A stretch of 64,000 nt of DNA. Origin: Ignavibacteria bacterium. Lineage in GTDB: Bacteria; Bacteroidota; Ignavibacteria; Kapaibacteriales; Kapaibacteriaceae. Shown here piece after piece: positions 18,111 through 30,665 of the stretch. The notes below the pieces were generated by a model. It was not told the origin of the DNA, did no database searches, and saw nothing but the letters and a program-made list of their open reading frames with translations. How positions within the stretch are numbered: the stretch's first letter is position 1; every line of letters starts with the position of its first letter. The DNA lies in assembly GCA_016191145.1 (NCBI GenBank), contig JACPPD010000012.1, positions 145-64,144 of the forward strand, given 5' to 3'. Made by a program: the position numbers and the translations under genes.

Positions 18111-19043
18111 TCACCACAGTGGCGTTGGCTTGTTTGTATTCGACTCCAGAACTCGTGCGAACAACGCCTGACGTAAAGATGTAAGACCACTTTCAATTCC
18201 ACGAAATTTCATTCTGAGATCAGACTCTGCTTTCAGCGTTATCAAGCCCCCTTTCAAAGGCCGCTTTGCAGGTTGTGCCAATTCTGCTGTTGTTACTGGT
18301 TTCAACGATGATGGATCGAGCTTAAAAAATTCTGCAATGGCAACGGCAAAGTCGTAGCGGCTCAAATAGTTTGCGCCTCCAACGTGATAAACGCCGGTGC
18401 GTTTGCGAAGAATTATTCTAACAACTGCTTCGGCAAGATCGTCGATATATGTTGGATTGGAAAACTGATCTGATACAACTCGAACATCTTCGTTCGATTC
18501 AATCATTGTTAATACCCATCGTACGAAATCGGTATGTGCTGCATTGGGACCGTAGAGGACGTTGGTTCTGATAACCGTTGCATCTGGACTCAAACTCAGA
18601 CAGGCATTTTCGCTGGCAAGCTTGGTTTTACCATAATAATTTATTGGCGAAGGAATATCGTTTTCGATATATGGTCCTTTGGCGCCGTCGAATACATAGT
18701 CGGTTGAAAAATGCACCAGGTGCGCATCGGTAATTCTGGCAAGTCGGGCAAGATGTTCTACCAGCGACACATTGATATGCCACGCCGTGCTTCGGTCAAT
18801 TTCACATGCATCGACATTCGTCAGTGCTGCGGTATTTACAATTACCTGCGGAATATTGCTCAGAATAGCAGACTTTAATTCAGCCTTATTTAAATAGTCG
18901 ACCGTTGTACCACTCACGCGCTCGTCGTGCGTTTCAATTTTTTTACTGCTGATGAGGTGCAACTCGGCATCGGTCTCTTCGAGGATCATTGGAATAAGGG
19001 CCGATGCTGTAAGTGAACTCGCCCCGAGGATTGCAATCTTCAT
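18111..19043 (-). CDS. rfbD: dTDP-4-dehydrorhamnose reductase
   Basis: STDYVFDG and YGKTKLASE (YxxxK) motifs, with start MKIAILGASS at 19043. The ORF-track extension to 19088 is trimmed. The nucleotide-binding motif is an atypical GASSLTA. Confidence 0.85.
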   Translation of the reverse strand: MKIAILGASSLTASALIPMILEETDAELHLISSKKIETHDERVSGTTVDYLNKAELKSAILSNIPQVIVNTAALTNVDACEIDRSTAWHINVSLVEHLARLARITDAHLVHFSTDYVFDGAKGPYIENDIPSPINYYGKTKLASENACLSLSPDATVIRTNVLYGPNAAHTDFVRWVLTMIESNEDVRVVSDQFSNPTYIDDLAEAVVRIILRKRTGVYHVGGANYLSRYDFAVAIAEFFKLDPSSLKPVTTAELAQPAKRPLKGGLITLKAESDLRMKFRGIESGLTSLRQALFARVLESNTNKPTPLW

Positions 19044-19143
19044 GGAGAACTGAGGTGTCTGGAAAAACTTGCTGTGAAAATAGTGCAACGCGAAACATCA
19101 AACCCCATCCCTCTATCTTAGACAAATCTTTAGACTGAAAGAA

Positions 19144-19761
19144 TTGACTGTGAGAAAAATCATTACAACAACATTTGTGACTCTTGATGGTGTGATGCAG
19201 GCTCCAGGCGGCCCGAAAGAAGACAACGACGGTGGTTTTCAATGGGGAGGTTGGTCTTTCCATTATTGGGACGACATCATGGGAAAAATTATGGATGGTT
19301 TTATGTCCGAACCCTTCGACCTTCTTCTCGGCAAACGCACGTACGACATCTTTGCCTCACATTGGCCAAAGGTAAGTGGCGACTCTGTATCAGACAATTT
19401 CAATTCTACTACAAAGTATGTGGTGTCGCATAATCAAACGGATCTACCTTGGAAGAATTCAATTCTCATTTCTGGAGACGATGTATCGGAATTAAAAAAA
19501 CTTAAGAACATTCAAGGTAAAAATCTATGGATTCATGGCAGCGGTCAACTAATTCAGTTGCTGCTTGAGCATTCATTGATTGACTCCATGTACGTATGGA
19601 CTTTTCCCGTCATCGTGGGCAACGGCAAACGGCTGTTCGGAAGCGGTACTCCTGCGCAGAATCTCCGCCTCATCGATATCCAAATCTCAACCACGGGAGT
19701 CGTAATTTCTCACTACGAACCTGCCGACGAATTGCAAGCAGGATCGTTTGCGCTTGAGTGA
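19144..19761 (+). CDS. Dihydrofolate reductase-family protein (RibD C-terminal domain type)
   Basis: The N-terminal RKIITTTFVTLDGVMQAPGGP and GSGQLIQLLLEHSLIDSMYVW patterns fit this family. The start is TTG at 19144 or GTG at 19150. Confidence 0.8.
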   Translation: MTVRKIITTTFVTLDGVMQAPGGPKEDNDGGFQWGGWSFHYWDDIMGKIMDGFMSEPFDLLLGKRTYDIFASHWPKVSGDSVSDNFNSTTKYVVSHNQTDLPWKNSILISGDDVSELKKLKNIQGKNLWIHGSGQLIQLLLEHSLIDSMYVWTFPVIVGNGKRLFGSGTPAQNLRLIDIQISTTGVVISHYEPADELQAGSFALE

Positions 19762-19790
19762 AGGGGCGGGAGCAGGGCACAGACTTCTAA

Positions 19791-19819
19791 ACAAAAAAGC
19801 CCCGTCCGCTGGACGAGGC
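19791..19819 (-). terminator. Intrinsic terminator downstream of tRNA-Glu
   Basis: On the minus strand, GCCTCGTCC-AGC-GGACGGGGC (9-bp stem, one G-U) is followed by TTTTTTGT. It starts 9 nt after the tRNA 3' end. Confidence 0.65.
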
Positions 19820-19828
19820 TCTGCGTTG

Positions 19829-19900
19829 TACACCGTACGGGAATTGAACCCGTGTTACCGCCTTGAAAGGGCGGTGTCCTAACCTCTAGACGAACGGTGC
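19829..19900 (-). tRNA. tRNA-Glu (anticodon UUC)
   Basis: Folded by hand from the 72-nt GCACCGTTCGTCTAGAGGTTAGGACACCGCCCTTTCAAGGCGGTAACACGGGTTCAATTCCCGTACGGTGTA. It has a 7-bp acceptor stem (G1-U71 wobble), anticodon stem CCGCC/GGCGG, loop CTTTCAA, and T-arm ACGGG-TTCAATT-CCCGT. No CCA is encoded. Confidence 0.9.
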
Positions 19901-20052
19901 AGTTAATTCAGAACCACAAAGATAAGACTATTCCAAATCCTTTTAAAAGGTGGGCATTACAACTACATGGCACAGAGCGAGTAGGAATTTGCAGCAAAAG
20001 CAATACACTCCTGAAGAGAGGAACGAAGTGTGGTGTCACCTAAATTCGTTCA

Positions 20053-20673
20053 ATGAAACTCATTGGTCTTACAGGTGGAATCGGATCGGGGAAGTCGGCA
20101 GTTGCAGAACTCCTTAGGAAACGCGGCTGGGAAGTTGTAGCGTCGGATGATATGGGTCGGGAGCTATTGAACGCCGAAGCTGTGCGCGATGAAATTGTTG
20201 AACTGTTTGGATCATCCGTGTTGAACAATGCAATTGTTGATAGGGGGCGTATAGCTGAGATTGTGTTTGATGGCACTGACGCAGGACGTTTAAAGCTGAA
20301 TCGGTTGAACAGGATTATTCATCCGCGTGTGCTTGAGAAACAGTCGGAGTTGATACAAGACCGGATAGCGTCTGGCAGCCCCCTACTCGTCATCGAATCT
20401 GCACTCATCTACGAAGTTGGTCTCGAAGATGGCTTTGACTGGGTTATTGTGGTTGATGCTACGGATGATGTATGCATTGAGAGGGTAATGCAGCGCACTG
20501 GTATGAGCCAGGAACAGGTGAGGGCTCGCATGGCCGAGCAGATGCCTTCGAAAGACAAGCGCGCCTTGGCGGATTTTACAATAGGAAACAATGGCACTAC
20601 TGCTGAACTCGAAGCTGCTGTAGATACAATTGCCACAATCATTGAATTGCTACCTCAGCCCCTTGAAGAGTAA
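20053..20673 (+). CDS. coaE: Dephospho-CoA kinase
   Basis: The N-terminal IGLTGGIGSGKS P-loop; 206 aa. Confidence 0.9.
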   Translation: MKLIGLTGGIGSGKSAVAELLRKRGWEVVASDDMGRELLNAEAVRDEIVELFGSSVLNNAIVDRGRIAEIVFDGTDAGRLKLNRLNRIIHPRVLEKQSELIQDRIASGSPLLVIESALIYEVGLEDGFDWVIVVDATDDVCIERVMQRTGMSQEQVRARMAEQMPSKDKRALADFTIGNNGTTAELEAAVDTIATIIELLPQPLEE

Positions 20674-20849
20674 TTAGCATGAAGAATGATCGCTATATGG
20701 CGACATCGTTCAATCCAACCCCTTCTAAATTTTTTGGTAGCTTTGTCGTCGTTACAGTACAAATTTTTTCAATATTCGGAGTATTCGAGACTTCTATTCT
20801 TAAGGCAATGTCGTTCAAACCTTGAGGCAGAAGTAATCGAAAATGTAAA

Positions 20850-21185
20850 ATGCCTCATCCCGTACATCTTACCGACGAAAGTTTTGGTCCCGAAATAGCC
20901 GGTGGAAAGGTTGTTCTCGTGGATTTTTGGGCTGCATGGTGCGGACCGTGTCGCGCTATCGCCCCTATCATGGACGACCTTGCGTCTGAATATCAGGGGC
21001 GCGCAACCATTGCAAAGGTTGACGTTGACAACAACCCTCGCGTTGCAATGGAATATGGAATTCGCTCCATCCCGGCGCTGCTGATTTTTAAAGGGGGCAA
21101 GGTAGTGGATACCATTGTTGGCGCCGTTCCAAAGACGTATATCACAAACCGATTGGAAGCACAACTCGAAACTCAATTAAATTAA
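20850..21185 (+). CDS. trxA: Thioredoxin
   Basis: WAAWCGPC active site and IRSIPALLIFKGG; 111 aa. Confidence 0.95.
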   Translation: MPHPVHLTDESFGPEIAGGKVVLVDFWAAWCGPCRAIAPIMDDLASEYQGRATIAKVDVDNNPRVAMEYGIRSIPALLIFKGGKVVDTIVGAVPKTYITNRLEAQLETQLN

Positions 21186-21189
21186 CATC

Positions 21190-24235
<3,046 letters not shown>

Positions 24236-24238
24236 TTC

Positions 24239-24784
24239 ATGTCATTTGAGATTCTATCAAAACACCTTAACGGAATCATCGTTCTAAGGACGGCACGATT
24301 CGAAGACCATCGCGGGTTTTTCGAGGAGTTGTACCGAGTTGATGCCCTGTGGAAGCTTGGTGTCGAAGAAGTGTTTGTTCAGGACAACAGAAGCAATTCG
24401 CATAGGAACGTTATTCGTGGTCTGCATTATCAGTTTCGACCACCGATGGGGAAGCTCATTCGCGTTGTTGCAGGGTCGGCGCAATTCATCGAGCTTGACA
24501 TCAGGAAGGACTCACCTACATTCGGAAGGCACGTCGAGATCGAATTATCGGACAGCAATAACAAACTCTTATGGGTGCCACCGGGCTTTGCAAATGGATT
24601 TTGTGCATTAACCGATACCGTCGATGTGATTTATAAGTGTACTGCTATTTACAATCCGCTGGGAGAAGGCAGTATCAACCCTTTGGACCCGGCGCTTGGC
24701 ATTAAGTGGTTTGTTACAGATGCAATCCTATCGGAAAGGGATGCGAAAGCCCCGCCCCTTTCCGAAATCAAATACTCATTGTAA
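24239..24784 (+). CDS. rfbC: dTDP-4-dehydrorhamnose 3,5-epimerase
   Basis: F.DHRGFF.E, RGLHYQ and W.P.GFANGF motifs; 181 aa. Confidence 0.9.
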   Translation: MSFEILSKHLNGIIVLRTARFEDHRGFFEELYRVDALWKLGVEEVFVQDNRSNSHRNVIRGLHYQFRPPMGKLIRVVAGSAQFIELDIRKDSPTFGRHVEIELSDSNNKLLWVPPGFANGFCALTDTVDVIYKCTAIYNPLGEGSINPLDPALGIKWFVTDAILSERDAKAPPLSEIKYSL

Positions 24785-25745
24785 GAGCTTTGCTTCGCAA
24801 CCCGTCGAACGTTTCAGCCTTTGGCGTGGAAGCCCATTCCTTCTTAAACATCGTTGATATATAATCAATTGTTTTAGTTCTGTCCTGATGAATTTCGTGC
24901 TGATGTGGCACTATACTTTCGCCGATTGACTCGAGATATGCGTTCAATACCATGAAGGAACCACAAATCTTTGCCGAATGTGTGTATCCAGCGATGTGCG
25001 GAGTAGCCAGGTCTGCGTTGCTAACAGTTCTGATGTTAGCATGCGGTTCACTCTCAAATACATCGAGCACTGAGACAAGCGAACCATCGAGGCATTTATC
25101 GATTACTAGTGCTTCATCAATTACTTTACCACGCGAGGTATTTATCAGCACAGTTCCTGGTTTGAGAAGATTGACTTCGGCTTGTCCAACAAGCTTGTGT
25201 GTGGGGCAAGAGCCAGATGTTGTATATGGAACGTGAAGCGTAACTACATCGGAGCGTGGAAGAAGCAAGCGCAGCGGCTCAGTGTGTCCTTTGGGTGGAT
25301 CACTGATCAATACATTATATCCCATACTGATTGCTGATTCAACAACTCGCGATCCAATATTCCCAATTCCGATTACGCAAATTGTTGTGTCGGAAAATTC
25401 ACGGGCTATGATTTGTGAATTAGTTAGCAGTCTGAGTGAATCAAATACGTAATCGGTGACAGCCTGAGAATTTGAACCGGGTGCATAAGCGAGTTGAATT
25501 CCGCGTATAGCAAGGTATGCTTGATCAACATGGTCGATACCGGCAGTAGCAGAACCAACGAAGGATACTGCAGTACCTACAAGCAGATCCTGGTTAACCG
25601 GGCACGTCGATCTTACAAACAGGGCGGTAACCTGGTAATCGCGAAGCATCTGGTTGTTCAGTGTTCTCCCACTGAACGTCTGAACTGAATCGAACTTTCC
25701 TAAATACTCAAATAGAATGGGTATGTCTTCATCAATAAAAATCAT
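24768..25745 (-). CDS. pdxB: 4-phosphoerythronate dehydrogenase (PdxB-like D-2-hydroxyacid dehydrogenase)
   Basis: MIFIDEDIP start, FVGSATAGIDHVD, NAD site GIGNIGSRV, and PHIAGYT. ATG at 25745 forms an ATGA overlap with the upstream stop. The ORF-track extension to 25853 is trimmed. Confidence 0.78.
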   Translation of the reverse strand: MIFIDEDIPILFEYLGKFDSVQTFSGRTLNNQMLRDYQVTALFVRSTCPVNQDLLVGTAVSFVGSATAGIDHVDQAYLAIRGIQLAYAPGSNSQAVTDYVFDSLRLLTNSQIIAREFSDTTICVIGIGNIGSRVVESAISMGYNVLISDPPKGHTEPLRLLLPRSDVVTLHVPYTTSGSCPTHKLVGQAEVNLLKPGTVLINTSRGKVIDEALVIDKCLDGSLVSVLDVFESEPHANIRTVSNADLATPHIAGYTHSAKICGSFMVLNAYLESIGESIVPHQHEIHQDRTKTIDYISTMFKKEWASTPKAETFDGLRSKALTMSI

Positions 25746-27805
25746 TGGCCAAAGTAATAAATCAATGTCATAGCGGAAATTTTCCCGTTGGTTACGAATG
25801 CCAAGTATGCACCTGTGCTGAACGAGACATTGCCAGAGGATGCTGGATCCCACTCAACGACCTGATTTGTTCCACTATCCAGACTATACATCAACGAGCC
25901 CACTAAGTTGTACAGGCTGATGGTCTCGCCTATTAACTCAGGAGGAATGATAAAGCTAATCGTCGAGGAAAATGGATTTGGATAAACATAAAGTGGCAGC
26001 TCGCCGGATGCCTCCGAACCGACGGAAGTTGAAGAAGTAACAAATAAAGTTGTATAGGCATCGCGATACGACGTTGTATTAATTCTTACAACACTCTGCA
26101 TAACCGCCGCTGGCGGTCCGATGTAGCGTACCGTAACGGATGCACTGTCGGCCGGTTGGACAACACCGGTGTCAATAGCAACAATTTCAAAAGCCGACAT
26201 ATCATCACCTTCAATTGTGGCTCCTGTAACCGTTACTGTGTCTGTACCTGTGTTTACAAACCACAATCGAATAGATTCCTCGCTGCAATTTCTACACTGC
26301 ACAACGAGGGTATCGATGGTTGCATCTAGGACTCCAACAACAGTTGAACCCTTGAGGTAGATGGGGAAATTGCCGAGACTGTCTGTCGCAATGAAAGACT
26401 CGGTAAAGTATTCGCTGTCGACGGGCGGTTTAAAGACGAAGTTGAGCGGGTAGGTCCTACCTGGAAGCACCGTGATGGGTACTCTCCACTGATCGCTTCT
26501 TAAAAACAAACCAGTATCGAGTTCACCAACGAATTGAATCCTGAAAGGTGCCGTTCCAATGTTGCTAACGGGAACGTGAAACAAGAATTCATCTCCTACT
26601 CTTGCCTTAACAAACATCGTATCCGGAGCTGAATAAATAGGTATAGCTGAATCTGGAACAGGAATAACCTCAACAATTTTATCATCATCAAATTCAGGAA
26701 AGGGATCAACTCCGTTGGGTTCCCTATTACTTGAACAAAGGAAGATTCTTCCGTCAGGAGAAATAGCAATATCACGAATCCGGCCGATGCTGCGCCTGAA
26801 GTAATCCAACACTTGCACAATGCTGTCGCCGTCATCATTCAACCGCAACTGGAACAACGTGCTGTGCTTGAGTGTTGCCAGAAGAATAGAATTGGCGAAC
26901 ACAGGATAGCGGTCACTATTATAGTATTCAATGCCGGCAGGAGCTACGGTAAATCCGCCGGAACTCCACTTCGGCGTCAGTACGTTGTTTGAATCGCAAT
27001 ATCCTATTTCATATTCTTCGTCGCATGGACCTTCAACACGGGGCCAGCCATAGTTTCCGCCCTTTACAATTAAGTTCACTTCGTCCTCGATATTGTTACC
27101 ATGCTCACTCGCCCATAAACTTCCGTTGGGGAGTTGTACTAGACCTTGGACATTTCTGTGTCCTTTTGACCACATGTATCTCCCCGGAATCGGGTTGTCG
27201 TAAGGTACCGACCCATCTAATTTCATACGGAGAATTTTACCCTTGTCTGAATTCTCGTCGAGTGCCGGGAATTCCTGGTAATGATCGCCTGTTGTAACGT
27301 AGAGCATACCATCTGAGCCTATAGCCAGTCTGCTGCCGTTGTGTAAGTAACCTGCGGGCGAAATTCTGTAGATTTCAACTGGATCAATTAGTGTATCTTC
27401 AACATATTCATATCGTTTAACAACTCTGTAATCGCCCGCTGTATCACCGCCAACATAGGTAAGGTAGATATAAGGTATCTGTAAAAAGTCTGGGTGGAGG
27501 ACGAATCCCAAGAGTCCGGACTCTAAAGCTGCGTAAACAGAGTCTTGTATGTCCAGCACAACTTGCTTGGTTCCAGTTTCAGGGTCGATTCGGCTAACAA
27601 TACCGGGACGTTCCGTAACCCAAAGCATACCGTCGGGCCCCCACTCAATTTCCCAGGGAATTTCAAGGTTGGTAGCTACAACGCGAAGCGTGAAATCCTT
27701 TTGAGCGCAGACAGGGTGGTTGAAAAGGAAAAATAAGAGTAGAGCCAAGCCAACGCAACGTAATATTTGGATTGCCATACAACGTCGAAACGATATGTGA
27801 GACAT
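25742..27805 (-). CDS. Secreted PQQ-dependent sugar dehydrogenase (sGDH/YliI-like beta-propeller) with Ig-like modules and a T9SS C-terminal sorting domain
   Basis: It has a signal peptide, then NLEIPWEIEWGPDGMLWVTERPG and GHRNVQGL propeller motifs. The middle region is beta-rich and Ig-like. The C-terminal LYVYPNPFSSTISF...LYNLVGSLMY...GAYLAFV is a type-A T9SS CTD pattern. Confidence 0.8.
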   Translation of the reverse strand: MSHISFRRCMAIQILRCVGLALLLFFLFNHPVCAQKDFTLRVVATNLEIPWEIEWGPDGMLWVTERPGIVSRIDPETGTKQVVLDIQDSVYAALESGLLGFVLHPDFLQIPYIYLTYVGGDTAGDYRVVKRYEYVEDTLIDPVEIYRISPAGYLHNGSRLAIGSDGMLYVTTGDHYQEFPALDENSDKGKILRMKLDGSVPYDNPIPGRYMWSKGHRNVQGLVQLPNGSLWASEHGNNIEDEVNLIVKGGNYGWPRVEGPCDEEYEIGYCDSNNVLTPKWSSGGFTVAPAGIEYYNSDRYPVFANSILLATLKHSTLFQLRLNDDGDSIVQVLDYFRRSIGRIRDIAISPDGRIFLCSSNREPNGVDPFPEFDDDKIVEVIPVPDSAIPIYSAPDTMFVKARVGDEFLFHVPVSNIGTAPFRIQFVGELDTGLFLRSDQWRVPITVLPGRTYPLNFVFKPPVDSEYFTESFIATDSLGNFPIYLKGSTVVGVLDATIDTLVVQCRNCSEESIRLWFVNTGTDTVTVTGATIEGDDMSAFEIVAIDTGVVQPADSASVTVRYIGPPAAVMQSVVRINTTSYRDAYTTLFVTSSTSVGSEASGELPLYVYPNPFSSTISFIIPPELIGETISLYNLVGSLMYSLDSGTNQVVEWDPASSGNVSFSTGAYLAFVTNGKISAMTLIYYFGQ

Positions 27806-27818
27806 GATAAGAAAAAAA

Positions 27819-28916
27819 TCACCTAACGATAACGTTGACGTCGTCTGTAGTCCAACGCTCGCGGATGGTGATCGAAATTCCGATTAGCTTCCAACGTTCT
27901 CCGAATGTAAACGGCCGAACAGTTCCGGGATCGTATAATCCGTTACCATTGATGTCTTTTACCACATCGACGGTATACGTTCCCGGTTTGATTGAAGAAA
28001 TCGTCCATGTCTCCCCTTGAACGACAGGCAGCGCAGCTTGTATGCTACCTGATTTGTCGATAAACCTTAAAAGATACGGAGGTCCAAAATTAATTGAATC
28101 AATTAATACTCCGTTAGCACTACCGGGTTCGATTTGTATTGTCGAAGAATCGCTCACCGAGGAATCGGACTTCTCTTGTTTTCCTGAAACCGCAGAAGAG
28201 TCTATTTGAACATCTATTTTCAAATTTGATTCACGCGACTTGCCGTTGGCAACCTGAATATCTGAGTAGTCTATTGAATAATCTTCGCCTGCATCAACGA
28301 TTTTGTTCTTATTTCTATCGCGTGCTGCAAGTACTCTGTACCACCCGTCTTTTAAGCCCCCTATCGCAAATGCTCCAGATGTACCAACTGGAATTCGATA
28401 TACAGATGGATTGACGGCTGGGCTGAATGATGTATCCAGCTTATCCGCGTCGGAGTATGCTAATACATAGAGGTCCTGGAAGTTGAGAGCTGAAACCTGA
28501 CCTTGAATTATGCCTGAATCAAGTTCGGGACCCGTAGAAAATATTATGGTAGTCGCCGACGGCGGAGAATTACCTCTCAGGTCCTTCCATTCTGTTCCGA
28601 GCGTTATTGCGTACGTTGTATTGGGCAGAAGATCTTCTTCGAAGGTAATTGCAATTTCGTCGCCGTAATACGAAGTTGAAAAGCGTGCAGCAGGTTGTAT
28701 CGAAATTGCATTACGGATGGAACGATCAACGTAGTCGTCGAATTCAAAATCAAACGTTTGATCTGTAACATTGGTTGAGCGATTTGGTGGCTCTGTCCTC
28801 AAGAGGCTTGCCGGTGTCTTGTCCGGCGGGCCTCCTCCGGGAGCCGATCTGTTCGCACAAGAAAGGACTAACAGGGACGAGAATATTATTGCGACACTCC
28901 ATGCGCTGTTATGCAT
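27819..28916 (-). CDS. Lipoprotein with SbsA/Big_5-type Ig-like domain
   Basis: Lipobox LLVLSC. The segment PDKTPASLLRTEPPNRSTNVT...NTTYAITL resembles Big_5 Ig-like domains. The remainder is beta-rich with no recognised motif. Confidence 0.55.
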   Translation of the reverse strand: MHNSAWSVAIIFSSLLVLSCANRSAPGGGPPDKTPASLLRTEPPNRSTNVTDQTFDFEFDDYVDRSIRNAISIQPAARFSTSYYGDEIAITFEEDLLPNTTYAITLGTEWKDLRGNSPPSATTIIFSTGPELDSGIIQGQVSALNFQDLYVLAYSDADKLDTSFSPAVNPSVYRIPVGTSGAFAIGGLKDGWYRVLAARDRNKNKIVDAGEDYSIDYSDIQVANGKSRESNLKIDVQIDSSAVSGKQEKSDSSVSDSSTIQIEPGSANGVLIDSINFGPPYLLRFIDKSGSIQAALPVVQGETWTISSIKPGTYTVDVVKDINGNGLYDPGTVRPFTFGERWKLIGISITIRERWTTDDVNVIVR

Positions 28917-28959
28917 TCGACAAATCTAGCTTTGAAACACAAAGCTGTGTGAAAGAACC

Positions 28960-29871
28960 ATGAAGACGACGAGACATAAACCGGACATTTCATTGTTAAA
29001 TCGTTTACCAACGTGGGTTAAGCGAACATGGAATATTGTCTCTGAATTTGTCGATATCACGGATCGTCGGCACATATTTCTTCTTTCAGCAGGGATTGCA
29101 TTTAATCAGTTGCTGTGTATGATACCGCTTACGCTGCTTGTGCTCTCAATCATTAGTGTCATGGTACACGAAATGCACGCCAGGGAGGCATTACGATCGG
29201 TATTGATACAAATTCTACCTGCAAATATCGAAGCCACTTCGACAATTCCATCCGTCCTCACAGAGCTCAATGCAGTCTACACTTATAGGACAATCGCTGG
29301 ATGGATATCGGGCTTTGCGCTGATATGGACTGCATCGGCGCTCTTCAGTTCTCTGCGTACAGGCCTGAATGCGATTTTCCATACGCCCGACACAAAGTTT
29401 TTTGTTTGGTATAAACTGAAAGATCTCGGACTTACGATTGTAGCAGCGTTGCTAATATTAATTACAACAGCGCTTAGTCCCTTGCTCACTATCGTAGAAG
29501 ACATTGGGGAATCGGTTTTCGGTATAGCAGAGTCCGTCTACTTTTACGGGTTTACAGCTCAAGCCGTCAGTCTCATTTCAACTTCGGTTCTGTTTTTCGT
29601 CCTCTACCGAGTAGTACCCAGCGGCAAACTCCCGTGGCAAATCGTTGTTATGAGCTCGCTGTTTGCTGTGGGACTTTGGGAGGGGGCACGCATTCTTTTT
29701 TCATGGTACGTTAACGTATCCTCTACGCTTTCCCTGTTCTATGGCGGCTACGTTACACTTGCATCATTAGCTCTGTGGTTCTATTACTCAGCATTTATCT
29801 TTCTTCTTTCAGCGGAGCTATCACAATTCATTTACGTGAAGAGGACGGAGCACCATTCTCCCGCTGCCTAA
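28960..29871 (+). CDS. YihY/BrkB (virulence factor BrkB / former RNase BN) family membrane protein
   Basis: 303 aa with six predicted TM segments, and LSAGIAFNQLLCMIPL and FYGGYVTLASLALWFYYSAFIFLLSAEL patterns. Confidence 0.82.
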   Translation: MKTTRHKPDISLLNRLPTWVKRTWNIVSEFVDITDRRHIFLLSAGIAFNQLLCMIPLTLLVLSIISVMVHEMHAREALRSVLIQILPANIEATSTIPSVLTELNAVYTYRTIAGWISGFALIWTASALFSSLRTGLNAIFHTPDTKFFVWYKLKDLGLTIVAALLILITTALSPLLTIVEDIGESVFGIAESVYFYGFTAQAVSLISTSVLFFVLYRVVPSGKLPWQIVVMSSLFAVGLWEGARILFSWYVNVSSTLSLFYGGYVTLASLALWFYYSAFIFLLSAELSQFIYVKRTEHHSPAA

Positions 29872-29932
29872 GCAATTTGCAAGACACGGAGCGACAACAA
29901 CGATATCAACACATATACGCAATATTTAGTAT

Positions 29933-30658
29933 CTACCATTTCAGCATGGCGCTCCATTTCAGGAACAATTCCCATGTAGCTTGTACATCGCGCAGACAGT
30001 ATTCCGCAATTACGTCAAGTTCACCGGCCGCGAACAACGACTGAACCTTTGAGCCATCGACACCAGCGGACTTAGGCGAAGTAATGCCAAATGCCTTTGC
30101 ATAAAAATCAAAATTGAATTTGCGCAATGGTCCGGTTGATGTACCTGAATAAAATGTGAGTTTATCGAGAAGGTCGGTATGACCCGAATAATTATAGCGA
30201 GTGCCATCCATTAGGTTTCGCTGAGGCCGGATGCCAAGCAGGGCGCTTCGTAACATCAGCCATGGAGCATCAAAGTTTCGTCCATTGAATGTAACCAGGT
30301 GTATTCCAGGATTAGCAGTCAGTAGCTTCCAAAAATTCTGAATCATAACCTGTTCTGAACTCCGATGACATTTCGCTCCGGAAGCAAGTACCGATTCCAC
30401 CACATTGTCGGCATCACTCATACCCTCATCGAGAGCGTATGCGGCGTTGCGTGTCTGCCACTCATTGTCTGCACCTTTGGTTACCAGGCACATTCCAATA
30501 CATACAATCTTTCCCGTTAAAGGACTTAGAGCCAGCTCATGAATTTTTTGAGTGCGATCCTCATCCGTCTGGGTATAGCGCAGCAAATACTCCTGCTGAG
30601 ACTCATCAAATGAATTGAAATCTGCGCCAACAGTCTCGAGATCGTAAACTAAATACAT
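29933..30658 (-). CDS. RNase H-fold 3'-5' exonuclease related to the PolB exonuclease domain
   Basis: The N-terminal LVYDLETV (ExoI-like DxE), FNGRNFDAPWL (ExoII-like) and YCLRDVQAT (ExoIII-like); 241 aa. Confidence 0.7.
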   Translation of the reverse strand: MYLVYDLETVGADFNSFDESQQEYLLRYTQTDEDRTQKIHELALSPLTGKIVCIGMCLVTKGADNEWQTRNAAYALDEGMSDADNVVESVLASGAKCHRSSEQVMIQNFWKLLTANPGIHLVTFNGRNFDAPWLMLRSALLGIRPQRNLMDGTRYNYSGHTDLLDKLTFYSGTSTGPLRKFNFDFYAKAFGITSPKSAGVDGSKVQSLFAAGELDVIAEYCLRDVQATWELFLKWSAMLKW

Positions 30659-30665
30659 TTATAAC

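Noticed and set aside
19829-19900. tRNA-Glu as an integration hotspot for a genomic island
   Set aside because: There is no integrase, no direct repeat of the tRNA 3' end and no compositional break nearby. The flanking genes are housekeeping (coaE, a DHFR-family gene).
19917-19924. Bacteroidetes-type -7 promoter motif TATCTTTG (TAnnTTTG) upstream of tRNA-Glu
   Set aside because: No correctly spaced -33 TTTG is present. Other genes in the window show sigma70-like TATAAT boxes and Shine-Dalgarno sites, so Bacteroidetes-type promoters are not established for this organism.
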